The notes beneath the pieces are model-generated. The model was not told the DNA's origin and did not search any database. It saw only the letters and a program-made list of their open reading frames with translations. From positions 1,088,001 through 1,152,000 of the forward strand of contig CAVQBA010000004.1 in NCBI GenBank assembly GCA_963710605.1: a stretch of 64,000 bases of DNA, in the 5' to 3' direction. Each line of letters starts with the position of its first letter. Within the stretch, counting starts at the first letter, position 1. The position numbers and the translations under genes were made by a program. The DNA comes from an uncultured cyanobacterium. GTDB lineage: Bacteria; Cyanobacteriota; Cyanobacteriia; Cyanobacteriales; Cyanobacteriaceae. Shown here in pieces: positions 54,405 through 63,878 of this stretch.

Positions 54405-54644
54405 TAAATAATTGGTTTTTGTTTAATTGAATACTATCTCTACATATATTAACAGAAGTCAAACTAGACTCAGACAAATGTTTGCCGTATTTTTTTTAGA
54501 TACCTTTGTTTGCGGGTATATCGTCGGCAACTAATATTTATCAAAAGTTTGAGCTTTATTAAAAAAATTTGGGCTATTTTCTAAACGATAATGGCTAATA
54601 TCGTTCCGAGGAATATAATATAAGTAAAAACAAGTGACGAGGTA

Positions 54645-55091
54645 ATGGCGAAACTCTACTACCGTGGTATGGCACAGCAAGATGGTAAATCAAAAATAGG
54701 TAGAAGTGCCAGACTATTAGGAATTAGACTTAACATCGATATAAACGTTGAGCAAATACCAATAGGTTATCTTGACAAGCAAGGATATTTGTTACCAGAG
54801 TCATAGCGTCAGATTTCAGAAAAACTAGTAACCGTTGCTATTAAAGAGAATAAGGGAATGTCTGTGTCTTTATCGATCGACAGTTTACCTGCATTTCGTA
54901 AACCTGCCAAATTTGGCGGAAAGGGAAAAGATACTCTTTGGCAAATTGATGACAGCTATATCATAAAAGATTTACAGGCTGTTCAAGATAGCCCGACACA
55001 CGTTAGCATTATGCCAAGAGTTACAATGACTTTAGAAAGGTACGAGACAGCATTGGCAAATACCCAAAATTATTGGCAAAAAGTTGACTAG
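54645..55091 (+). pseudogene. Putative Tse2/ADP-ribosyltransferase-like toxin with an internal TAG
   Basis: MAKLYYRGM...GMSVS...THVSIMP; TAG at 54804-54806; GAGG RBS. Confidence 0.5.
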
Positions 55092-55112
55092 TAAAATATA
55101 CGAAAATAGGAG

Positions 55113-55649
55113 GTGGCAAAAATGGCATGGATATTTAGTTTATCAGCAGAATGTGGTTGCGATCGAATCAACGCAGATAAATTTGCTCAACATTTTGAGG
55201 GAATGTCATTGTTGCTATCAAACGATCGTCAGTACAAATGTCTTACGGACATATTCCAAGACATAGAAGAAAATTGGTGGTGTCGAGTTTTACCAAGTAA
55301 TCTTAGTGAAGTGGGAATAGAAGCCAATGAAAGTGCTTATTTAATGACAGAGTTAGGTATTTCACTTTATCAGTCTCTACGATTTGCGACAACCTTTCGT
55401 TATGCACTAGTTGGTGTTGAAGTGGATGAATTTAGAACTTACAGCGAACTGATTGAAGATTCTGCTAATTTATCTATACCAGGATTAGTTTTGAATAAGA
55501 CACTTGCAATAGATTTAGAAATATTATCAGCTTTTCGAGCCTTTAGTTCTAATTATGTTTGGCAACCTTACGCAGGAGAAATCTACAATCCACTCATGAC
55601 ATACCCAAATTTAAAAAATAAGTTGAATGAATTGTTAGCTGTAATTTAA
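55113..55649 (+). CDS. Hypothetical protein, probable immunity/antitoxin partner
   Basis: AGGAGG RBS; lies immediately downstream of the toxin-like ORF. Confidence 0.6.
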   Translation: MAKMAWIFSLSAECGCDRINADKFAQHFEGMSLLLSNDRQYKCLTDIFQDIEENWWCRVLPSNLSEVGIEANESAYLMTELGISLYQSLRFATTFRYALVGVEVDEFRTYSELIEDSANLSIPGLVLNKTLAIDLEILSAFRAFSSNYVWQPYAGEIYNPLMTYPNLKNKLNELLAVI

Positions 55650-55656
55650 TTTAAGT

Positions 55657-55958
55657 TATAGTTGTTTAAATTAAGTTTTCTTGGTCGGCGTTCGGTGTCT
55701 TGGTGAGCGTTCGGTGTCTTGGTGAGCGTTCGGGTCTTGTCGAGCGTTACGGTGTCTTGTTCGCGTGGTGTCTGGTGAGCATTCGCTTGCGTCTTACGCT
55801 CCTGAGCGGGTTCTCACCGCTTGCGACTTGCCGTATCGAAAGCGGGTCTGACCGTTTGAGACAGTATAAAAATAGTAGAAAAAAACATAAAACCCGCCTT
55901 GCAATCAATTGTCAAGGCTAACAGATACCGTTTAATAAATTAAACTAAAAGAAAATAT
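55657..55958 (+). mobile_element. MITE (34618 family) carrying a nested GC-rich insertion
   Basis: Matches the reverse complement of 61830-61991 once 55679-55853 is removed. Confidence 0.75.
55679..55853. repeat. GC-rich tandem repeat (~19-bp unit gtgtcttggtgagcgttcg)
   Basis: About 5-6 degenerating units; GTTT on both flanks. Confidence 0.75.
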
Positions 55959-55964
55959 AATTGT

Positions 55965-56030
55965 ATTCGGATTATCAGCGCACCAGAGGCAACTAAAAAT
56001 GAGCGGAGGTTTTACGAAGATGGAAAATAA
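55965..56030 (+). pseudogene. C-terminal remnant of a BrnT toxin
   Basis: IRIISAPEATKNERRFYEDGK* overlapping the next gene. Confidence 0.7.
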
Positions 56031-56241
56031 TCATGAGCTAGAAGATGATTTAAGACCTGAATATGACTTTAGCAAGATGCAAGGTGGTATTAGGGGAAAA
56101 TATGTCGATCGCTATCAGGCAGGAACAAACATCGTATTACTCGAAGCTGATGTTGCTCAAGTGTTTGCGACAAGTGACGAGGTTAATAAGGCACTTCGAT
56201 TACTTATGCAAATAGCCCAAAGGCAGAAGCCTAATACCTAA
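56020..56241 (+). CDS. BrnA-like antitoxin
   Basis: DLRPEYDFS..GIRGKY, LEADVAQVF..VNKALR. Confidence 0.7.
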   Translation: MENNHELEDDLRPEYDFSKMQGGIRGKYVDRYQAGTNIVLLEADVAQVFATSDEVNKALRLLMQIAQRQKPNT

Positions 56242-56374
56242 TTATTCATCAACTTTTGACCGATCGACCATACTTTAACTAAATGCCCCTGTAACAAAGC
56301 ACTTATACCTTCTAAATATTTGAACTTTACGACATTTGGATATAAACTAACTCATTTTTTAGTAGTAACGATCG
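56238..56374 (-). repeat. Copy C of the glycosyltransferase 3' end with a 102-nt internal deletion, ending at CGATCG
   Basis: Aligns to about 58036-58137 plus 58240-58272. Confidence 0.92.
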
Positions 56375-56475
56375 ATACCGTAGATGTTGCACGGATATAT
56401 TCAAAAACATAGAAGAAAATTGAATGACTACGCAAGTTAGAATACAAGGGTAATCTTTGAAACGAGGTTAAGCTA

Positions 56476-56751
56476 ATGGTAATTCGAGAGCCACGCTATA
56501 GCAAAGAGGAATTCGCCCAGCGAGGTGATTATCTCTATGAAAATCAGGTAAAACATCAAGTTGAGGCGGGAAATGATGGCAAAATTGTAGCGATCGATAT
56601 CGAAACAGGAGCTTTTGAGGTAGCTGAGACACCGATGGTAGCAGTCGATCGATTGTACGAACGTGAACCCGATGCTCAACCTTGGGTAATTCGGATTGGA
56701 CATCGAGCAGTCTTTCGTTTTGGTAGTCGTAGTCTGAGGAAGCCTGTATGA
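56476..56751 (+). CDS. Small protein typically paired with clan AA proteases (DUF5678-like)
   Basis: GKIVAIDIETG...PDAQPWVIRIG; ATGA overlap with the protease. Confidence 0.65.
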   Translation: MVIREPRYSKEEFAQRGDYLYENQVKHQVEAGNDGKIVAIDIETGAFEVAETPMVAVDRLYEREPDAQPWVIRIGHRAVFRFGSRSLRKPV

Positions 56752-57122
56752 TGTTCGGTGTGGTCAATAATAATTGTGAAGCGGTCGTCAAAGTTGCTGT
56801 AGGGCGTATCGGTTCACCTAAAAGAATCGTTGATGCAGTTATTGATACAGGATTTACTGGCTTTTTGTCTTTACCACTTTCTATGATTAGGGAGCTTGAC
56901 TTGCCTTGGCATTATAGAGATATTGGTACATTAGGCGACGGGAGTGAAGTCGTATTTGAAATCTATAAAGGGGCTGTAATTTGGGATGGTCAGAATAAGA
57001 TTATTGATGTGGCGGCTTCGGATGCAGAGCCACTAGTGGGAATGAGTTTGTTTTATGGGTTTAAGCTTGAAATCGAGGCTGTTGAAGGTGGTATTGTCAC
57101 GATCGAAGCTTTGAATAAGTAG
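56748..57122 (+). CDS. Clan AA (retropepsin-like) aspartic protease
   Basis: AVIDTGFTG catalytic motif; PLVGMSL. Confidence 0.85.
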   Translation: MMFGVVNNNCEAVVKVAVGRIGSPKRIVDAVIDTGFTGFLSLPLSMIRELDLPWHYRDIGTLGDGSEVVFEIYKGAVIWDGQNKIIDVAASDAEPLVGMSLFYGFKLEIEAVEGGIVTIEALNK

Positions 57123-57476
57123 CAAAAGACGATTGGTGAGGCTTAATCTAACCATCATTTAGCGATTGACTACTAATTAAAAATTTTGTTGATGTTGGGT
57201 TTCATGCTTCAACCGTTCCCTACTACTGCACCAGAACTTTTCTCTATCTTGTAAAAACAGTACTATAGATCTCTTTTTCTTTTTCCATCATGAATAATGA
57301 TTTTGAAACTTAACCAAATCAACAACCATTCATTCGTTTTTGTTAAATCTTACGCCTAACTTTATATCAGAAAAAGGAGCAAACATTATCTTGCAATTGT
57401 GGTATCATATGCTCATTGATAGACTATTGTACTGCAATTGTGGTCTAATTATAAGTTGGATGCTCAATAATTAATC

Positions 57477-57800
57477 ATGTTTATTAATCCAATGTGGGAC
57501 ACTGAGAGCCAAAGAATTGGTAAAATGAAATGTTCTCCACTCGCATATAATCTACATATTATTTCGGATTTAATCGGTTTGGTTTCTATGCTTGTATTAT
57601 TTGGAGGCTTTGTATCATTTCTTCATACAAATTGGAAATATTCAATAATATTAATTCTTTACTCTTTTATTTCTGCTTTTCTTGGAAATTTACTTTACAG
57701 ATATTCTTGGAAAATTATAGAGAGGAAAGGTTTTGAATATGATTATGAAAATTGTATTTGTTATTGGTATGAGAATGGAGAAATAAAATCTTACAAATAA
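57477..57800 (+). CDS. Small two-TM hypothetical protein
   Basis: Two hydrophobic segments; RKGFEYDY tail. Confidence 0.6.
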   Translation: MFINPMWDTESQRIGKMKCSPLAYNLHIISDLIGLVSMLVLFGGFVSFLHTNWKYSIILILYSFISAFLGNLLYRYSWKIIERKGFEYDYENCICYWYENGEIKSYK

Positions 57801-57817
57801 ATCTGAAGAAGAATGAT

Positions 57818-57901
57818 AATGACCTTGTAACAAAGCACTAATCCCCTCCAAATATTTAAACTCTACGACATCTGGATCGAGTTTTAAGGCAGGTTGCAAA
57901 G
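57818..57901 (-). repeat. Copy D of the glycosyltransferase 3' region
   Basis: Encodes LQPALKLDPDVVEFKYLEGISALLQGH, identical to the gene, with 4 synonymous changes. Confidence 0.93.
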
Positions 57902-58030
57902 TCCGAACGTCAATCTTGTAGGGTGCGTTTTCTACTGTAACTTATACTACTCTACTGATAAATTTCTGGAAACGCACCACACTTACAAACCTCTAAAAGT
58001 AAGCCGTTACAGTTTAAGCTTAATATTTAA

Positions 58031-60565
58031 TTATGAATTATTGATTAATTTTTGACCGATCGACCATACTTTAACTAAATGCCCCTGTAACAAAGCACTA
58101 ATACCCTCTAAATATTTAAACTCTACGACATCTGGATCGAGTTTTAAGGCAGGTTGCAAAGCTTTTTCGCCTTTTTCGCCATTCCAATCATAAAGATAAA
58201 GAAAGCTCAAGTAACCGTGGTTATAGGCATTGTTTGGATATAAGCTAACTAATTTTTTAGCTGTGACGATCGCAGGTTCTACTTTTTGTTGTAAAACTTG
58301 AGACAATAATAATGTATAAAGATAATCAGAATTATTTTCGGTTTGCAGTCGATGTAGTAAGGTTTTTTCGGTTACTTTTAAATAGGCTTGATCGGGATCG
58401 TATTGATTAATTCTACCAACTGTTGCAAAAACAGGCTCTAACCCTTCTATTCCTTCACCTAAAGCAGGGGCAAGACGATTAATTTCACTGACTAAATCTA
58501 ATTCTCTTTGAGCAACGGGAGAAGTTATATTTTGCTCGACTATAATTTGTGTTGGCGGTATGGTTAAAGGTTTTGTTTTTCCTGTTGTTTTATTTAATAA
58601 TTGTGCTTCTAAAATATAGTTACCGTCGGGTATATTTTCAGGAATAAACATCGCTGTATTTTCGATTACTTGAAAATCTTTATTTAATTCATTTTTAGCT
58701 AAGTTATCAAAATATAAATTACTCATTCCTAAACTGTGGTCATGAGTCCATTTTATCGTTTTATTTTCTGATGAATACCATGTCAATAAAACGATCGTTT
58801 CTTCTAATTCTTGAGCTGTTCCAGTCCATTTATAAGTAATATCAACTGTCTTATTTTGACTTACTTGTGAAGGAAAAATAACCTCATTTAATTCTAAATT
58901 GCTATTAGTTGAATTAAGAGGATTAACAATAGTTTGTAACTGCTGTCTTTGATATAGTTGCAAATAACTTTCGTCGGGTAAAAGCCATTTATCTAGTAAA
59001 CTAAAATCACCACCATTTTCGACTAAATCAACTGTCATTTTCTGTGCGTCGGGAATCGAACCTTGTTCGCCTGTTTTCGTCAGAAACCAATCTAAAGCAT
59101 TGACATCTTGAGGTACTTCTTTTTCTCTTACTCCGACTTGTCTGCCATATACTTGTTGCGAATCGGGAATCGAGCCATAAAAAGAAACGTTTGATTGATT
59201 GATTTTACTAGTAGAGGGCAAAACCCCGATATTCATTCTCAGATAAGGATTAGTTTGTTTTGCTTTTTCGACTAATTCAGGTACAGCCCATTGTTTTCCT
59301 GTATAAGGATAATTTTCCATTTTTGGGCTGAGTTTATTAGTAATAAAACTTCCTCCTAAAGGGAAAAGATTGAGTAACATTAAAATCAAAGCGATCGATA
59401 CTGTTACTATTTTGAACCACTTCTTTTTTTCTCCTCGATAACTATAAATTAAAGCACTAACTATTAAGGTACAAATAGGTAGTAAGGGCAAAATATAACG
59501 AGCATCTTTATTAATATTTAAAGACGATAATAAGTATCCACCTAAGATAAAAGTTATTAACCAGAAAGTAATAGTTTTAATTTTGTTTTCTGGTAGAGTA
59601 TTTTGATAAAAGTTTTTTTGCAAATATAACCAAATATTTTTAGTTTTGACTGAAGAGTTTTTAAAATATTTAATTGCTAAATAGATAAGACAAAAAAGAC
59701 TAACTAATAATAAAAATGAGGATAATAAGTAAGGAGAAACCTCAGCATAAAATGTCCATGCTTTAAGAGTATTTAAACTAGGATCGCCTTCAATGATAGC
59801 AGAATCGATCGTCGCTCTTTTTCCTGAAGTAAAAATGACTAACCAATTAGTACGATACCAAGGATAAAAAAGGATAATTGCTGACAATGACATTAAAATT
59901 ATTTGCCCGACTCTATGCCATTTTCGTTGCCAAATTGAAAAGATACAAACAAAAAGAAAAGGAAAAAAGAGAAAAAAAGCAAATGTTTGTTTGAGTAACA
60001 ATCCTAAACCGAAAGAAATACCTGTTAATAGACTTAGCCACCACGAAGATTTACCTTGACTGAAATACCAATAACTCAGACAAGTAAAACTAAAAGTAAT
60101 CATGACAGTGAGAGGATAATCTAATAAAAATTCTCGCCGAAAATAATATAACCCTGGTATTAAAGGAATTAAGACACAAGCGAGTAAAGCTATTCGTTGG
60201 TTAAAAAATAATTTACCTAGATAAAAAATACTGAAAATTAGTAATAAACTAAAACCCGAAAAAACTAAATTACCGCTACTCAAACTAGGGGGTAAGATAT
60301 GAAAACACAAACCCGTAATGATATAAATCAACGGTGGAATTTTATTTGAAAGTAACCAAAACTCACGCCACGATGATAAATCAAAAATATCGAGATTGAC
60401 TAACCCTTCTTTGTAACCCATCACCCCATTAAGGTAGTCAGCGGGATCCCATGATGGTACGCTATTATCTAAACTAAACCAAACTCGATCGATTATTAAA
60501 CCAATTAGCCAAATCGATATTAGGATTAAAATAGGGTTCGTTTTTTTGATTATATTTGCTGACAT
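58031..60565 (-). CDS. GT39/ArnT-like lipid-carrier glycosyltransferase with C-terminal TPR-like repeats
   Basis: PSWDPADY, KIPPL, LLDYP, LLKQT, KDARYILP; multiple TM helices; TPR-like tail. Confidence 0.85.
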   Translation of the reverse strand: MSANIIKKTNPILILISIWLIGLIIDRVWFSLDNSVPSWDPADYLNGVMGYKEGLVNLDIFDLSSWREFWLLSNKIPPLIYIITGLCFHILPPSLSSGNLVFSGFSLLLIFSIFYLGKLFFNQRIALLACVLIPLIPGLYYFRREFLLDYPLTVMITFSFTCLSYWYFSQGKSSWWLSLLTGISFGLGLLLKQTFAFFLFFPFLFVCIFSIWQRKWHRVGQIILMSLSAIILFYPWYRTNWLVIFTSGKRATIDSAIIEGDPSLNTLKAWTFYAEVSPYLLSSFLLLVSLFCLIYLAIKYFKNSSVKTKNIWLYLQKNFYQNTLPENKIKTITFWLITFILGGYLLSSLNINKDARYILPLLPICTLIVSALIYSYRGEKKKWFKIVTVSIALILMLLNLFPLGGSFITNKLSPKMENYPYTGKQWAVPELVEKAKQTNPYLRMNIGVLPSTSKINQSNVSFYGSIPDSQQVYGRQVGVREKEVPQDVNALDWFLTKTGEQGSIPDAQKMTVDLVENGGDFSLLDKWLLPDESYLQLYQRQQLQTIVNPLNSTNSNLELNEVIFPSQVSQNKTVDITYKWTGTAQELEETIVLLTWYSSENKTIKWTHDHSLGMSNLYFDNLAKNELNKDFQVIENTAMFIPENIPDGNYILEAQLLNKTTGKTKPLTIPPTQIIVEQNITSPVAQRELDLVSEINRLAPALGEGIEGLEPVFATVGRINQYDPDQAYLKVTEKTLLHRLQTENNSDYLYTLLLSQVLQQKVEPAIVTAKKLVSLYPNNAYNHGYLSFLYLYDWNGEKGEKALQPALKLDPDVVEFKYLEGISALLQGHLVKVWSIGQKLINNS

Positions 60566-60593
60566 ATAGAGAGTAGAAAAATATTCATTAATT

Positions 60594-61807
60594 ATGACAA
60601 AAAAAATTGCCATTATTGGGGCAGGAATAGCAGGTTTAACTATCGGTAAGAATTTACAGGCAGAAGGTTTTGAGGTTAATATTTTTGATAAAGGACGGGG
60701 TGTTGGTGGTAGAATGTCCAGCAGAAGAACAAATTGGGGTTATCTTGACCACGGTTGTCAATATTTTACCGCCAAAGATTCTTTATTTGCTAGTTTTATT
60801 CAGGAAAATGACGAACTTGTTCAAGTTTGGCAAGGAAAGTTTGCACGTTGGCAAGATGGTAATTATACACCTTTAGAGATTGCGACAATGAATCTCTCAA
60901 TCCCCTTCAATTCCCCCGTAAATCCCCTTAACCCAATCCCCCCCAGTAACTCAATCCTCCCTCAATCCTCCTTTAGTAAATCAATCCCCCCTCAATCCTC
61001 CTTTAGTAAACCAATCCCCCCAATCCCCCACAACGTAGCAATGCTACGTCTCTACAAAGGGGGGAGGAAAATTTAGATAAATTAAACAAAACAGGTGTAA
61101 CAAGATTAAATAAAAATGTTATTACTCATTCTCGTTACGTGCCGACGAAGGCGATGAATAATCTGTGTAAATCGATCGCTACAACACTTGATGTTAAATT
61201 ACAAACTAGAATTGTCAATCTGACTAAAAATCAGAAGAAATGGACTTTAACTGATGAAAATGCTAATCAATATAGTGGTTATGATTGGTTAATTGTCACT
61301 GCACCACCTGCCCAAACGCAAGATTTGTTAACAAGTCATACTGTCATTGCTGAAGAGATAGCCCAGATAAAAATGCTTCCTAATTTTACTTTGATGTTAA
61401 CTTTAGCTGAGGAGATGAATCTTCCTTTTGATGGCATCGAATTACAACACCCGATTTTAGGTTGGATTGCCGTCAATAATAGCAAACCTTCACGAGGAGA
61501 AAAAACAAGTATTGTGATTCAATCTAACTTTACTTGGGCGACTGATAATCTGGAAAACAATCGAGATACTATTACGCAACAATTACAAAATAGTGCTAGT
61601 GAAATTATGGATATAGATTTGGATAAATGTCTGTATAAATCATTACATTTATGGCGTTATGCAATACCTGCACAGAAGAATGAGGCTGGTTGTTATATCG
61701 ATCGTGAAAATGCGATCGGTGTTTGTGGAGATTGGTGTATCGGCGGTAAAGTAGAAGCGGCTTTTAATAGTGCTAATTTATTAACAGATTCGATCGTCGA
61801 TCGTTAA
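60594..61807 (+). pseudogene. Renalase-like NAD/FAD-dependent oxidoreductase interrupted by a repeat-derived insertion and frameshift
   Basis: IIGAGIAG, GGRMSSRR, DHGCQYF in the 5' part; HLWRYA, GDWCIGGKVEAA in the 3' part; C-rich repeats at about 60890-61070. Confidence 0.8.
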
Positions 61808-61829
61808 GTACAAACTCTAAACATCTGGA

Positions 61830-61991
61830 AATAACTATTAAAATAAGAATGAGATAATTGCAGGATATTTTCTTTGAGTTTAATTTATTAAACGGTATCT
61901 TATTAGCCTTGTCAATTCATTGCAAGGCGGGTTTTAGATTCTTCTTTTTACTGTTATTTATACTCTCTCAAACTTAATTTAAACAACTATA
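61830..61991 (-). mobile_element. MITE (34618 family)
   Basis: Shares aaacccgccttgcaatgaattgacaaggcta core and tatagtt end. Confidence 0.7.
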
Positions 61992-62099
61992 ACTATTAAA
62001 ATGAGGGCTAAAGCCCTGACTACAAACTCTCTTTCTTCCTCTCTTCTCTCTGCGTACTCTGCGTACTCGTCTTGAAAAGTTGTTCATGGGGGAGAGCCA

Positions 62100-62143
62100 A
62101 GGGGCTGACACCTGAATTCATTTCAGGTGCTTGTACGCCCCGT
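62100..62143. repeat. ~44-bp hairpin repeat, copy 3
   Basis: aggggctgacacctgaattcatttcaggtgcttgtacgccccgt, nested in another repeat (gggggagagcc|ccaagacc). Confidence 0.7.
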
Positions 62144-62305
62144 CCAAGACCACACTTTTCGCTGCGGTTAAAATAATAAAGATCGTAAATGTCATAACCC
62201 GAAAATTTTTTTAAAAGAAGAATAAAAAGTTTAGATTTAATTAAGGTGATTATAATTAAAAAATAAACATTAATTATCTAGACTAAGATCGATCGTATTT
62301 TAATT

Positions 62306-62620
62306 ATGGCAACCAAAAAACAATTTACCAGTTTTCAAGATATGCTTGATGGTTCAGATTTACCTGTCTTAGTTGATTTTTATGCTACATGGTGTGGTCC
62401 TTGTCAGATGATGGCTCAAATATTACAACAAGTAGCACAGCAAACAAAAGGAAAAGTATCGATCGTCAAAATAGATACAGATAAATATCCTGAGATAGCA
62501 TCACAAAACCAAATTCAAGCCTTACCAACTTTGGTTGTTTTCAAAAATGGTAAACCTGTAAAACGAATTGAAGGAGTTGTACAAGCACCCCAATTGATTG
62601 CTGATTTACAAAATATCTAA
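62306..62620 (+). CDS. Thioredoxin
   Basis: VDFYATWCGPC. Confidence 0.95.
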   Translation: MATKKQFTSFQDMLDGSDLPVLVDFYATWCGPCQMMAQILQQVAQQTKGKVSIVKIDTDKYPEIASQNQIQALPTLVVFKNGKPVKRIEGVVQAPQLIADLQNI

Positions 62621-62707
62621 TAAACAATTAATAATTGAACATACTTATTTATAATTAACTTTTGAGGTGTTTGCCTCCTAACTTCTAACTTTTGACTTTT
62701 AACTCTT

Positions 62708-63311
62708 ATGGATACATTCTCAGCAATCAAAGAAAGACGATCGGTTAAACATTATGATTCTAGTCATCAAATGACTGATCAAGAAATTAAAGACTTGATG
62801 GGATATACTCTTTTATCTCCTACCTCTTTTAATATGCAAAATTGGCGTTTTTTGGTAGTGAAAGACCAAGAAATAAAAGATCAACTAAAAGCGGCTTCTT
62901 GGAATCAATCTCAAGTAGGTGATGCATCGATCGTAATTTTGCTTTGTGGTGATTTAAACTCATGGGCAAAAGAGCCACAAAGATACTTGGCGTAATACCC
63001 CAGAAAAAGTTCAATCGCAAATGGTGCCAATGATTGGCGGTTTCTATAAAGAGAACGAACAATTACAAAGAGATGAAGCAATGCGATCGGTAGGTATGGC
63101 AGGGCAAACTATTATGTTAGCGGCTAAGGCAATGGATTATGATACTTGTGCAATGATTGGTTTTGATCCTAAAAAGGTAGCCCAGATAGTTAATTTACCT
63201 GATGATTACGTTTTAGGGATGATGATTGTGGTGGGTAAGGCGGCTCAACCTGCGAATCCTCGCTCTGGGCAATTAGATATGTCTGAGGTTGTTTCTTTTG
63301 ATAAATTTTAA
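62708..63311 (+). CDS. Nitroreductase family protein (frameshift near 62987)
   Basis: RRSVK, SPTSFNMQNWRF; continues RYWRNTPEKVQSQMVPMI...CAMIGFD. Confidence 0.85.
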
Positions 63312-63419
63312 TGCTTGATTGATTAGTTTTAATTAAAACGTTTTTTAAACAACCTTTGTTTTTAATTGTGTTTAGGGCAATTAGATATTATATTAAGGAT
63401 AAAAACTATAGTTCGATTT

Positions 63420-63878
63420 ATGCGGAAGAAAGAATTTAGATTAGGGGAAATGTTTAAAGATTGAAATTTTCTAAAGGTTATTCATATCACGGAAAATATA
63501 GTTTCTAAAATACTATCGATCGCCCTTGTAATAATTATATTCGTTTCTATTTTTGAATTAGTAATCGTATTAGCACGAGATTTATTGACGATTGAACCAT
63601 CTGGTTTTTTTAATATTACTTTGATTGAGATTTTTGGTTTTTTCCTTAATATTTTAATTGCCTTAGAACTACTAGAAAATATCACAGTTTACCTTAAAAA
63701 ACATATAGTTCAATTGGAATTAGTTTTGACAACTGCTTTGATAGCTGTAGCTAGAAAAATTATTATTTTTGATACTAATAAGTACGAAAAAATGGATTTA
63801 ATTGCTTTAGGTGTTGCCACAATTTGTTTAGCGGCAAGTTATTGGTTAGTTCGTTATAGTCATCAGAAAAAACCTTAA
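63420..63878 (+). CDS. Phosphate-starvation-inducible PsiE family protein (in-frame TGA at 63462-63464)
   Basis: LIALELLENI, TALIAVARKIII; upstream in-frame hydrophobic segment. Confidence 0.7.

Noticed and set aside
55679-55853. Possible CRISPR array
   Set aside because: Units are directly adjacent and degenerate, with no unique spacers and no cas genes.
57690-57899. 69-aa ORF on the minus strand
   Set aside because: It is copy D of the glycosyltransferase end running antisense into ORF 57477-57800, not an independent gene.
48479-58030. Prophage or classical integrase-driven genomic island
   Set aside because: No integrase or phage genes are visible, and the duplicated segments vary in length and breakpoint rather than forming one att core. 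A recombinase acting in trans cannot be excluded.
49514-58272. Diversity-generating retroelement (TR/VR) explanation for the gene-end copies
   Set aside because: No reverse transcriptase in the window, and differences are synonymous or random rather than adenine-specific.
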